Shown: piece after piece, positions 39,563 to 51,379 of the stretch
Layout: each line of letters opens with the position of its first letter
Position numbering within the stretch: position 1 is the stretch's first letter
Assembly: GCF_000315625.1 (NCBI RefSeq)
Contig: NW_005434620.1
Location: 91,719-155,718 of the forward strand
DNA: 64,000 bases
Direction: 5' to 3'
Source of the DNA: Guillardia theta CCMP2712
Lineage: Eukaryota; Protista; Cryptophyta
Notes under the pieces: generated by a model
Databases searched by the model: none
Told to the model about the DNA's origin: nothing
What the model saw: only the letters and a program-made list of their open reading frames with translations
Position numbers and translations under genes: made by a program

Positions 39563-39743
39563 GATGTATGCTGATTTGGCATTGGATCAAAGCAGTAGCA
39601 AACATCCTCAGAAAGGAGCCGATTGTTTTGTTTGATATTGCAAGAGTCCGAAGTAGTATGAATCACGTATATGCAAGAAGCTCTTGCCCATCTATGTGGA
39701 AGATCAAGAAATTTTCTGTTTTAGTGTAGGGATCCGTCGGTGA

Positions 39744-42292
39744 GCGAGATTTGCTTTAAGCTTCTTGCTCGCACTGGCCAGCTCAGCACTCGCTCGGTGA
39801 TGTAGTGTTGAGTTTCGATTCCATGCTGTCATGTGGGTTGTGAATGAAGACGCGGTAAACCGATATGGAGGAGGGACTTGCTCTTTCTCTGTGTGAGCCC
39901 TTCCGTGCTGCCTCTTTCATGCTGCTTCAGCTTTACCCGCCACAGCAGAAACCCTCCTCGCATGCATCCGATGGTGAGGTCTGCAGAGACTGACGAGCGG
40001 GAGGGCTCACCCAGGAAGGAGCGCATGTGAAGACAGGGGAGCAGGAAGAGAAGGAGACAGGAAAGGAAGGTCACGAGGGTGCGAGATGAAAGAGAGGAAG
40101 GGCGAGGATGGGCGAGAAGGGAGGTCTAGGAGCAACGGACATTGTGTCTATCAAGGATCGCTGTGGGGACATGGGATAAAAGAAAGAAGCTGCAGGGACG
40201 CCAGCGATAAGCGAAGGGAAGGGGGGGGGAGGGGAGGAAGCGCAGGGAGGACGGAGGGAGAGTAGTTTGAGGGAAGGGGTGCATTTCAAGGGCGAGGGTG
40301 GGTGGTGATCCGGGTCGAGGGAAGGGGTCGGGGGTCAGGGAATCCACCCAAAGGAAAGGGGCGTGGAAAGGGACCGAGAGGAGAGAGGGGGTGGGGTGGA
40401 GGAGAGTAGGGGACGGTACGACGGCACAAGGCTGGTCTAAGGCAGGTAGGGTGATGGGGCAAGCAGGGGTGGATGGCTGCCAGGGTGATCCTGAAGCAAG
40501 AGGAGGACGCACCCCCTTGTTCGACTGCGCACTACCCCACCCTCGAGGACTGAGGATGCCCTAAGCTTAGCCTCAGCAGACTCATCATGGAGGCAGGGAG
40601 GAGGAGGATGGGGAGGGAAGGCGGGGAGGTGTACAGGCCGCCTTAAAGGAGAGAGGCGCTACGGCAGGGCAGAGGAGGTCGCCATGACGCGACGACTGAC
40701 AGCGGTGTTTGCGACCGGAGAAGCGAGGACGAGGAGGATAACACACAAGGTCGCCGACGCTGCCGACAGGCAGGCAGGGCTTGCGGGACATGATCGACAA
40801 GTCAAGCATCGCAAGTGGGCATGCGGGCAGGAGGTGAAGACATGACAGGGTCGAAGGGGCTTGCGATGAGCGAGGAGAGAGAGATAGGAAGAGAAAGACT
40901 CATAAAGCGCGCATGACTGCTCGAGGCGATCCTTGATGACGTAGCTGTGAGCTCACAACGAGGCTGTCTGCCCCGTGCCATGGCGTCGTCGTAGACGTCT
41001 GCTGATGTCGTCAGGCCCTGGTAAGCAAGAGCATGTCATGCTAGGGCGCGTGATCGTCTTGCCTCGTCCACACATGGTACGTTGGTCTCTGGTGAGCGTG
41101 AGGAGGCGCTCCGAGCAGCGTCATCGTCGAAGACGACATTGGCACAGAGGCACGGACTGAGAGCTTAGCACGTTCATCTACACTCACACGCCCTCAGCGG
41201 GTTCACGACTCCTGATCCTCGCATGACAAGTACCAGTCCAGCCACTTGTTGTCGATCGACTCCCTCGACCTCGTCACCCCCCTGCTCCGTGCGTTGCTCG
41301 CCGCGTCGCCTGTCCTGCTGCTTGACGACTCGTTGGCGCTGACCTCGGAGCTGGATTGTGAGCTCGGGAGAGAGGCTGGGGGCGGTGCAGGCGGCATGAG
41401 ACTTGGAGGGGCAGGGTCCTGTAGGTCATGCGTGGGCTGCCGTCGCCTGGCGCCGGGAGTGCTGGGTACATACCTACTGCTGCTGCTCGTCGTCGCCATC
41501 GCCTCCTCGTCCTCGTCCTCGTCCTCATTGTTCTCGTCCTCGTCCTCGTCCTCGTCCTCATTGGCTCCCTCCTGGCCCTCCTCCTCCTCCTTACCTCCTC
41601 CTCCATCGTTCTTGTTGTTGTTGTTGTTGTCGTCGTCGTCTTTCTCATCACCCTCGATGACCTTCGTCGCTCCCCCGTCCTCCTCCTCCTTGGCCTCAGT
41701 CATCCCGCGCTTCTCCTGCCGCCTGGGCCGGGTTGCTCGCGTCCTGTCGCGCATGCGCGCGTACGGCCATCGCTGGATGCCGAGGGTGCGACAGGCTTTC
41801 TTCAGGCTCGTCAAGGAGATGCCCTGCCATGGTCGGGTTGAGAGCACGCGCGCATCAAGGCGGACTCGACAAGAAGCAAGCATAGCAACATGTGTGCTTA
41901 CCAAGAACTTGGCCGCGTCCTCCTGACGCATGTGGAAGAGAGGCTCGACGATGGCCAGGTCAAGCTGGACGTCATAGACGCTCCTGCCGTCAGCCGATCG
42001 CTTGGGCGTGACGGTCACGGAGCCTCCGGTCCTCGCCGGGTCGCTCATGGTCAGCGTTGCAGCTTGGGGTGGCGGGCAGAGCGTTACTCGAGCTGTTGCA
42101 TGCTGTCTGCTGGGTGAGAGTGAAGGAGGGGTGGGTCTGGCGGGGTAGGGGCTAGTTGGCTTGAGTTTGGCTGTGGAGGAGGGAGGGGTCGACGTCTGAG
42201 CTCCTCCTCGTCATCGGTCTGGGCCCGTCCTGCAGGGGGGGAGAGCGCATTCTGCTTAGGCGAGGGGGAGATTCTTTTTTGGAGTTTTTTTA
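39744..42292 (-). repeat. Left arm of a large inverted repeat
   Basis: Reverse complement of 43035-45685. Outer end GCGAGATTTGCTTTAAG; inner end GGAGTTTTTTTA. Confidence 0.95.
41203..42048 (-). CDS. RWP-RK domain transcription factor, copy 2
   Basis: Same domain and 78-nt intron as copies 1 and 3; ends KWLDWYLSCEDQES*. Confidence 0.9.
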   Translation of the reverse strand: MSDPARTGGSVTVTPKRSADGRSVYDVQLDLAIVEPLFHMRQEDAAKFLVSTHVAMLASCRVRLDARVLSTRPWQGISLTSLKKACRTLGIQRWPYARMRDRTRATRPRRQEKRGMTEAKEEEDGGATKVIEGDEKDDDDNNNNNKNDGGGGKEEEEGQEGANEDEDEDEDENNEDEDEDEEAMATTSSSSRYVPSTPGARRRQPTHDLQDPAPPSLMPPAPPPASLPSSQSSSEVSANESSSSRTGDAASNARSRGVTRSRESIDNKWLDWYLSCEDQES

Positions 42293-43034
42293 GGTCTTGT
42301 CTAACTTCGATCAGGGGGTTGTCACCCCTATTCTTGTAGGGTGGGGTGTGGTATTCCCGGGGGTAGTGGTACCTCTGTACGGCATCATCAGGGCAGGGTT
42401 ATTGGAAACAGCTTGTTGTCTCCTTCGCTGGATTTTCAGGGGTGGGGTAGATACCAGAGGTAGGGTAGGGTGAACAGTTTTTGAGTTTGATTATTGGGGT
42501 GGTAATTGGGGCAAGCACCCCTGTTGCATCCTCGTTGTGGACCTCCTGTGAGATTTGACTCCGCACCGCGGAAACCTTTTCTCCTCTCCTCATCTGTTGA
42601 TGATGACGGAGCAAGGTATTTGACCGCTGTTGTTGTATTGGTTACCGTTGATATCTCATTAGAAGTATGACTTTGGAGTCACGCATTGCAGGTGCAAGGG
42701 TGTGCTGCTCTACCATGAACTACGGTCACTTTCACACTAATCGGTGCAGCGCGCAAGCAACCTGAATGTGAAATTTTCGAAAGAAATCTAGAGAGGGGTC
42801 TTTCTCTATGGCCTCACACACCAATCTCTGTGTCCTTTCTAGATATCAGTTGGATGAAACTACTATTGTATTGATGTAAAGAAAGCATGCAAGTGCGGTC
42901 CTTTTCCCACCCTCCGCAAGTTCAATTCGATATGCCACCCTAGCTACTAGTTTACTCACCCCACCCCCCATACAAAAATAAGACACTACCCACCTACCAC
43001 CAAAACAAAAGAAAAAAAAAGATGGAGAAATAAT

Positions 43035-43779
43035 TAAAAAAACTCCAAAAAAGAATCTCCCCCTCGCCCAAGCAGAATGCGCTCTCCCCCCCTGCAGGAC
43101 GGGCCCCGACCGATGACGAGGAGGAGCTCAGACGTCGACCCCTCCCTCCTCCACAGCCAAACTCAAGCCAACTAGCCCCTACCCCGCCAGACCCACCCCT
43201 CCTTCACTCTCACCCAGCAGACAGCATGCAACAGCTCGAGTAACGCTCTGCCCGCCACCCCAAGCTGCAACGCTGACCATGAGCGACCCGGCGAGGACCG
43301 GAGGCTCCGTGACCGTCACGCCCAAGCGATCGGCTGACGGCAGGAGCGTCTATGACGTCCAGCTTGACCTGGCCATCGTCGAGCCTCTCTTCCACATGCG
43401 TCAGGAGGACGCGGCCAAGTTCTTGGTAAGCACACATGTTGCTATGCTTGCTTCTTGTCGAGTCCGCCTTGATGCGCGCGTGCTCTCAACCCGACCATGG
43501 CAGGGCATCTCCTTGACGAGCCTGAAGAAAGCCTGTCGCACCCTCGGCATCCAGCGATGGCCGTACGCGCGCATGCGCGACAGGACGCGAGCAACCCGGC
43601 CCAGGCGGCAGGAGAAGCGCGGGATGACTGAGGCCCCGGAGGAGGAGGACGGGGGAGCGACGAAGGTCATCGAGGGTGATGAGAAAGACGACGACGACGA
43701 CGACGACGACGACAACAACAACAACAACAACGATGGAGGAGGAGGTAAGGAGGAGGAGGAGGGCCAGGAAGGAGCCAAT

Positions 43780-43839
<60 letters not shown>

Positions 43840-45685
43840 GCGATGGCGACGACGAGCAGCAGCAGTAGGTATGTACCCAGCACTCCCGGCGCCAGGCGAC
43901 GGCAGCCCACGCATGACATACAGGACCCTGCCCCTCCAAGTCTCATGCCGCCGGCACCTCCCCCCGCCTCTCTCCCGAGCTCACAATCCAGCTCCGAGGT
44001 CAGCGCCAACGAGTCGTCAAGCAGCAGGACAGGCGACGCGGCGAGCAACGCACGGAGCAGGGGGGTGACGAGGTCGCGGGAGTCGATCGACAACAAGTGG
44101 CTGGACTGGTACTTGTCATGCGAGGATCAGGAGTCGTGAGCCCGCTGAGGGCGTGTGAGTGTAGATGAACGTACTAAGCTCTCAGTCCGTGCCTCTGTGC
44201 CAATGTCGTCTTCGACGAGCATGACGCTGCTCGGAGCGCCTCCTCACGCTCACCAGAGACCAACGTACCGCCATGTGTGGACGAGGCAAGACGATCACGC
44301 GCCCTAGCATGACATGCTCTTGCTTACCAGGGCCTGACGACATCAGCAGACGTCTACGACGACGCCATGGCACGGGGCAGACAGCCTCGTTGTGAGCTCG
44401 CAGCTACGTCATCAAGGATCGCCTCGAGCAGTCATGCGCGCTTTATGAGTCTTTCTCTTCCTATCTCTCTCTCCTCGCATGTCTTCACCTCCTGCCCGCA
44501 TGCCCACTTGCGATGCTTGACTTGTCGATCATGTCCCGCAAGCCCTGCCTGCCTGTCGGCAGCGTCGGCGACCTTGTGTGTTATCCTCCTCGTCCTCGCT
44601 TCCGGTCGCAAACACCGCTGTCAGTCGTCGCGTCATGGCGACCTCCTCTGCCCTGCTCACTGCCGTAGCGCCTCTCTCCTTTAAGGCGGCCTGTACACCT
44701 CCCCGCCTTCCCTCCCCATCCTCCTCCTCCCTGCCTCCATGATGAGTCTGCTGAGGCTAAGCTTAGGGCATCCTCAGTCCTCGAGGGTGGTGCGTCCTCC
44801 TCTTGCTTCAGGATCACCCTGGCAGCCATCCACCCCTGCTTGCCCTATCACCCTACCTGCCTTAGACCAGCCTTGTGCCGTCGTACCGTCCCCTACTCTC
44901 CTCCACCCCACCCCCTCTCTCCTCTCGGTCCCTTTCCACGCCCCTTTCCTTTGGGTGGATTCCCTGACCCCCGACCCCTTCCCTCGACCCGGATCACCAC
45001 CCACCCTCGCCCTTGAAATGCACCCCTTCCCTCAAACTACTCTCCCTCCGTCCTCCCTGCGCTTCCCCGCCTCCCTCCCCCTTCGCTTCCCCGCCTCCCT
45101 CCCCCTTCGCTTATCGCTGGCGTCCTCGCAGCTTCTTTCTTTCATCCCATGTCCCCACAGCGATCCTCGGTAGACACAATGTCCGTTGCTCCTACACCTC
45201 CCTTCTCGCCCATCCTCACCCTTCCTCTCTTTCATCTCGCACCCTCGTGACCTTCCTTTCCTGTCTCCTTCTCTTCCTGCTCCCCTGTCTTCACATGCGC
45301 TCCTTCCTGGGTGAACCCTCCCGCTCGTCAGTCTCTGCAGACCTCACCCGTCTGCTCCCCCCTCGCGTTCCTCCCTCTTGACTCCTTTGCCTAGCAAGCT
45401 GATCTCAGACATGCACATGTGTTCAAAGGCGCAGGCAGCAGCTCTGTTCGCCCGTCATCGGATGCATGCGAGGAGGGTTTCTGCTGCGGCGGGTAAAGCT
45501 GAAGCAGCATGAAAGAGGCAGCACGGAAGGGCTCACACAGAGAAAGAGCAAGTCCCTCCTCCATATCGGTTTACCGCGTCTTCATTCACAACCCACATGA
45601 CAGCATGGAATCGAAACTCAACACTACATCACCGAGCGAGTGCTGAGCTGGCCAGTGCGAGCAAGAAGCTTAAAGCAAATCTCGC
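43035..45685 (+). repeat. Right arm of a large inverted repeat
   Basis: Reverse complement of 39744-42292, with scattered SNPs and indels, including ~110 bp at ~45348-45457 absent from the left arm. Confidence 0.95.
43279..44139 (+). CDS. RWP-RK domain transcription factor, copy 3
   Basis: MSDPARTGGSVTVTPKR...FHMRQEDAAKFL | intron 43426-43503 | GISLTSLKKACRTLGIQRWPY. Confidence 0.9.
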
Positions 45686-47235
45686 GTTGCAAGCAACATC
45701 AGTTTGATTCCGGATGCTGAAACATCTCAGGATACACACAACGTTTTTCCATCATCCAAAACTTCCATTGTGCTAATTTCTGATCTCAATGTTCCTCAAA
45801 CAACTATTCCTATCAATGTATTCGTGATCCTTCTCCCTATTCTGCTGAAAATCACGCCATGAAGGTTTGACAAGGTGATGGTCAAGGTATGTGTAAACTG
45901 AATACATTGTTACATGAACCACGAGACAGAGACATTTTCTGATAGACGACCCGCTGAATAACAGGTTCATGATTTCTGCTTAGAGATAGAATTGCTGATA
46001 ATTCGTGCGATAGTATAAAAGCTTAATGAATGCCTTTCAGACATTGCTTGTTGGCACCAACACAAACAAACTACATGGCACTGCAGGATGCTATCGCTTC
46101 ATCGTCATCAAAATGCGCAAGTGAAGTCTATGAAGAGGATAAAGTTATCAGGAACTTGAATGTTATGAACACTACCAGTTCTGATCTCCATCTGACTCTA
46201 ATCTCGAAACACGTTCCAAATAAAACATTTGTTATGTTACTTCCAACAACCACTTTTAGATTATATGGTCTGAAGTTATCTACATCCCATACTTATGTTT
46301 GTATGCTATTTGTTTGTTGAGCATGAATATCTTCTAGAGGAGTGATGGTGGGTCAAGGTCTGCATGCCTGGAAACAGTGAAATGACATACAACCTCAATG
46401 GAACGAAGCAAAATATCGTACCTGTCTACCAACTGCTTCTGCATTTCGAATTTTGCATAAATGGCAAGCAGGTGGTGCTATGGGGACAGGAGAGGAGATG
46501 TGAGCATGAATCATCGTGGGATGAAGTGAAGACAGCACAGGAAGTCCGAGGGGGCAGTGAGAGGATCATGTCTGAAACCGCATGGCATGAAAACTCAAAA
46601 TTTACCCCTGGATGTTCTACCCCCTACCCCTTTTAATGCTGCCACCCTACCCTAGAGAAAAACGTTCCCCCGCCCTACTAAAATATGCCCCCTCCCACCC
46701 CCTACCCCCTTCAAGTAACGTCTGGTGAGGAGGTGTGTTACATCGACAGTTTCTTTCTGGTATTCTCCTAAGATCAACCGCTAATGATATGAGGAATGCC
46801 CCTTCTCTCAAGATACTTTCACCCCCCACCCCCTTACTCTAGGTATCCCCACCCCGACGTCCAAACACCTCGAAAATTGACCCCCATTCCCTACCTCCTG
46901 GGCCTCGCTACCACCCCTGCTAGAGGATTGCTTCTCAGCCTCCTTCTCATTTCACCCCTTAGCAATAGATATTTCATAAACATTTCATTAATCAAATAGC
47001 CATATGTATGCCTCTAGCCTCTTTTAGAACGCAACCACCTCTACCAGGTGGCCACTGTGTGGATTGCCCCTAGATCTACCCCGTACCCACTCCACATCAG
47101 ATGTTATTTCAAGCCTGCCCCACCGAAAGTCGATTTCGCCTTCAAATTTCAACAAACCTCTATTTATTGTGCTGTCTTTTTATTAGTACATAATTATCAC
47201 TCGAGGCGGACCCGTTCGGGTATTTGTCGATAGAT

Positions 47236-47244
47236 TTTCCCGCC
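47236..47244 (+). promoter_or_regulatory. Candidate E2F/DP site TTTCCCGCC
   Basis: Exact consensus match ending 18 bp before the ZGRF1 ATG. Confidence 0.5.
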
Positions 47245-47262
47245 ATTTTCCGAGTTTGTGGC

Positions 47263-50200
47263 ATGCGGTTCCGAGCGCTGTACACGCTGCAGAAGACGCA
47301 GAAGACGAAGCGATGGGCCGATGGGTTCCTCGTATGCGGGGGCTTTGGCCAGGTGAAACTGCTGGATGAAGAAGGGAAGGAGCTTGCCTCCGATTTCAAG
47401 CATGTAAAGGTGATTTTGAGAAAATGTCGTCGAGGACGAGGTGTCCTGACTGTGGCGAGCAGATCGCCGAGGGGGATCGGATTGAGTTTGATCTTTACCT
47501 TGTTGATGTAGACGAGGTCGATCAAGAACATCATGAACCTGAACAGAAATGTCCCCCTGCGCTGACTGCGAATCTCAACACAACAACGAGACCCATGAAC
47601 CAGCCGTCGCTACCCAGCAGAAATTCCTACAAATCTGCCCCAAGATTGGGATCTCGCCCTGCACTCCCATTTAAGGGCCCGTCACTTGCTAGAGACGAAA
47701 CCGTCTCACCCTATCCTGTAAATGCATTCAATCCAAACTCAACTCTTTCCGCTCCAGCTAAAAGTGGATTCCAATCATCCTCCAGCGCTGTGGAAACAAG
47801 AAGCAACACAGATATCTTGGCCCTTCTCAATTTCCCAACCTCTGAAATACACATCAAGGAGGATGAAACGTCGTTTGTAAAACAGGACAATCCCAGCTCT
47901 GCTGCAAATTCAAGTATTGAAGTCGATGTAGATGATGTGCTTGTAGATTCGGTTGATGGCAATTCCGAGGTAGTCAAACTCTCAGGCCCTGACTTAGAGG
48001 CTCCATCTCAGGTTTCAGCGAAAGGTAGTTTTTCACCGCCTCCATTGACAGAGCTTTCTTACGACAGAGAATAGGTTTCTTTGCTCTAAAAAATCCCAAT
48101 TTGATGAAAACCAATATGCCTGCATGGAAACCAATGAATGCATTCAAGAGGCCCAAGCATAATCATTTTTCGATGAAAGAGGTGAATTCTTGAAACTATT
48201 TCTTAACGATATGACTCCATATGAAATAGAATACCGTTGAGCCTTCTACTTCTCTGCGTGCGGAGCAAGCAATGCACTTGAGACATGACCGTGAAGTACA
48301 GGAAAGGTGCAGAAATGCTGCCGTTTCAAAGACAAATTTGAATGGATTCGGAAATATCAATTTCCCATCTCCAGAAAGCATGGATAAACAGAGTGTAAGA
48401 ATTGAAATCCCTGATACTTTCAGGACCCCAGTTGAATACCGCACATCCTACATTGCAGCATTAGAAGAGGAAATCAAGTAAACAAATTCAATGGTACGTA
48501 TTTGTTTGACTGAAATGATTCGGCAGTTCCAAAATTTGTGAGTCAGCCAGTGCCTTATATGCTGCGATCCGTGAAGTCTCAGGATCTCAAGCAGCTGTCG
48601 TGAAGTGCAATTGTCAGAAAACAGCAGTCACGCGCACTGTCAAAAAAGAGGGCACAAATTGTGGCAGAAAGTTTCTCTCATGTGGACAAAACAGAAAATG
48701 CAATTTTTTCAAGTGGCTTGACTCTGCTCCTGCTATTTCAGAAATCAAAAATGTCAATGACTTGGAAATTAATCTCAACAAAGATTTGGACCTTACGATT
48801 CTCAAACAGAGATTTCAACTGCCCATCTTTCAGTGTGAAGTTGTATCTGAAAACAAGTTTCCGAAATTTTTTGGCAAAACTTCGGATGAAATGGTTTCCA
48901 GACCAAAACGCAATTGCGTAAAATTGATGGGTTGCTCTGAAAAATTACATGGATTTACCAAGGACGACCTTTGGATACTATCAACTTCTCCATTTTTTAA
49001 GGCAGATCCACGTGCTAAGATTGTGCTTTGCCGCAGTTCATGGTCGCTTCAGACCTTTATTTGATTAGACTGCTTTGACAGATGTGCAGGTTTGGATTGG
49101 ATTCAGAAGATCGATTGCATTTAGATGTGCTCGGAGGGAGTTGGAACTCCTTGCTTGGAAGAACTTCACTCTTCGCGTTATGCGGACCAAATATTTCTTC
49201 AGAATTTCAGATGCTCCAATCCTTGAAAGACTTCAACCCAACAGAAATTCCGTTGCTTCCTACAATCCTTTCTGGTGCGCACCGAACAAAGTCAGAATTT
49301 CGAGAGAAACTCTGTATGAAAAGGCAGGGTATAATTCTCTCCATCGAAGAGCATAAGCTAAGGGAAGAAGTTGACCGTGTGATCCAAGAGTTTGAACTCA
49401 ATGAAGAGCAAGGAAGTGTAATTGAGGTATTTTGATATTGTCTCGCTGGTATGCATGACAATATTGCAGCATGTCGGAAAGCTTTTACATCAACCAGAGT
49501 CTTCCGATCCAGTGGTACTTGTTCATGGTGTATTCGGTTCCGGAAAATCTACTTTGCTAGTGGCATTGGTTATGTTTCTCACACGAGTTTTCGAAACATC
49601 CACCCAGGAAACCTGTAATGAGAATCGAGTCCTTATTACAGCGGCGACCAACGTGGCTGTGGACAACATTTTGATGGGTTTAGTCAAACGCGATTTCCAT
49701 GATTTCGTCAGGGTATTATCAATTCACATTTTGTCCACTACACGATTTTGATTTCTTGTCTAACAGGTTGGATGTCTTAAAAGAATAGCAAAGCCAATTT
49801 TGAAATACACCTTGAAAGAGACTGGGAGTGACGAAAAAGTTGACCAAGAATCAGTCAAAGAGCTAGAAGAAATCCTAAGAACTTGCAAGGACTCTGACGA
49901 AATCAAAGATATCAAAATCGCTATTACACAGTACTATTTTCTCTGGTGTAGAAAATGCATGACATCTTTCCGTAGATGTAAGGATGGAAGGATGCGTGAA
50001 AGGAAGAAAGCTTTATCCAGCACCAAGGTTGTCGGCGTAACATGTGCCAGCACCAAACAAGATATTTTGGAAAATCAAAGGTGCGTCTGCCTTTCTATCT
50101 CAAACCGTATTGGTGATATGTTCGTATAGATTTTCCATTGTCATCCTTGACGAATGCTCTCAGTGCATTGAACCCTTGTCATTTTTACCTGTCGCAAAAT

Positions 50201-51188
50201 TTGGATGCAAGATTCTGGTCGGGGCCGGCGATCCTATGCAATTGCCACCTACCCTTACTGGACATGAAAATTCTTCAAAGCTACTTCAGAACAATGACTT
50301 GAGCAAAACCATGTTTACTCGAATGATGAACACTGGAATCTCTCCGATTTTGCTGAAAAGACAGTATCGTTGTCACCCAGTGCTCGGGAGTTTAGCTTCG
50401 GATCTGTTTTATGACAGCAAGTTGGTCAACGGTGTGAGCGAAGAGAAAAGGAGTCCTTTGGTGAAGGGTTGGCCTCCACTTTTGTTTTTCGACATATCTG
50501 GAGCAGGCGCCAGAGAAACCGTGCAGGATAGTGGATCATTTGTGAATGTACAGGAAGCACTTTTTATCACATGGTTAGCCAACGCTTTGGTGAGCAATGG
50601 GGTAAGTTGTAAACAAATTGGTATCATTTGTTTGTATAAGGCCCAAGCGTTTCATGTTCAAACTCTGTTGCATCAATCAGATTCGTCATCTGCACATAGT
50701 ATACAAGTGTCTACAGTTGATGCTTTTCAAGGCGGGGAGAGGGAGATTGTATTGGTTTCGAGTTGCAGAACGCAATCTTTAGGATTCATAGCATCACCAA
50801 ACAGGATGAATGTTGCAATCACACGATCTCGAAGACATTTGGTAATCGTCGGTTGCAAAAGGACGCTTCCACAAAATGAACATTGGAGGTTAATTCTCGA
50901 ACGTGCGTCTTCATTACCTGGAGGCTACAGAGACTCCTGTGAGTATCAAATGTCGAATGACATTGAAATATTAGATGGAGTTGAATCAGGTATACTTTTA
51001 CTGGAGTTGTGAGACAGCTAACGCAATGTTCAGATGATCTAGAGAGTCCTCCCCAGAATTTGAGCAACCCGTCTTCTGATTCCGATTCATCAAGGCAGGG
51101 GCAAAGTGAAGGACCAAAGCGAATTTCGTCCGGGACGAATATGTTTGCTTCGTTTGATCTTGAGAGTGACGAATCGCTCTCAGATTGA
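47263..51188 (+). CDS. ZGRF1: ZGRF1-like protein: DUF2439 + GRF zinc finger + Upf1/Dna2-like SF1 helicase
   Basis: DUF2439: FRALYTLQKTQKTKRWADGFL. zf-GRF: CNC..RTVKKEGTNCGRKFLSC..CNFFKWLD. Helicase: VHGVFGSGKS, TNVAVDN, LDECSQ, GDPMQLPP, QYRCHP, VSTVDAFQGGE, RMNVAITR. Confidence 0.92.
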
Positions 51189-51379
51189 ATTGGAATCGAC
51201 GTGATTTTTCCATCTTGTTGGGTTGCACCGTCATTGGAAATTGTAACTATATTTCAATATCTCTTGTAGCTCTGTACACACATGAAATGATGCATCGAAT
51301 GGATTTTCAATTCACTCAGAATTGCATGAAAACCGAAGAGAAGAAAAGAATGAGCTATTGAACTTCAAACGTTTTTACA

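Noticed and set aside
37231-44096. Long antisense ORFs over the RWP-RK genes
   Set aside because: Shadow frames of GC-rich, low-complexity coding sequence.
39744-45685. Foldback/TIR transposon explanation for the palindrome
   Set aside because: No target-site duplication at the outer ends (..GTCGGTGA | GTTGCAAG..) and no transposase in the spacer.
45690-46640. Gene between the palindrome and ZGRF1
   Set aside because: Only short ORFs with frequent stops and no motifs; cannot be supported.
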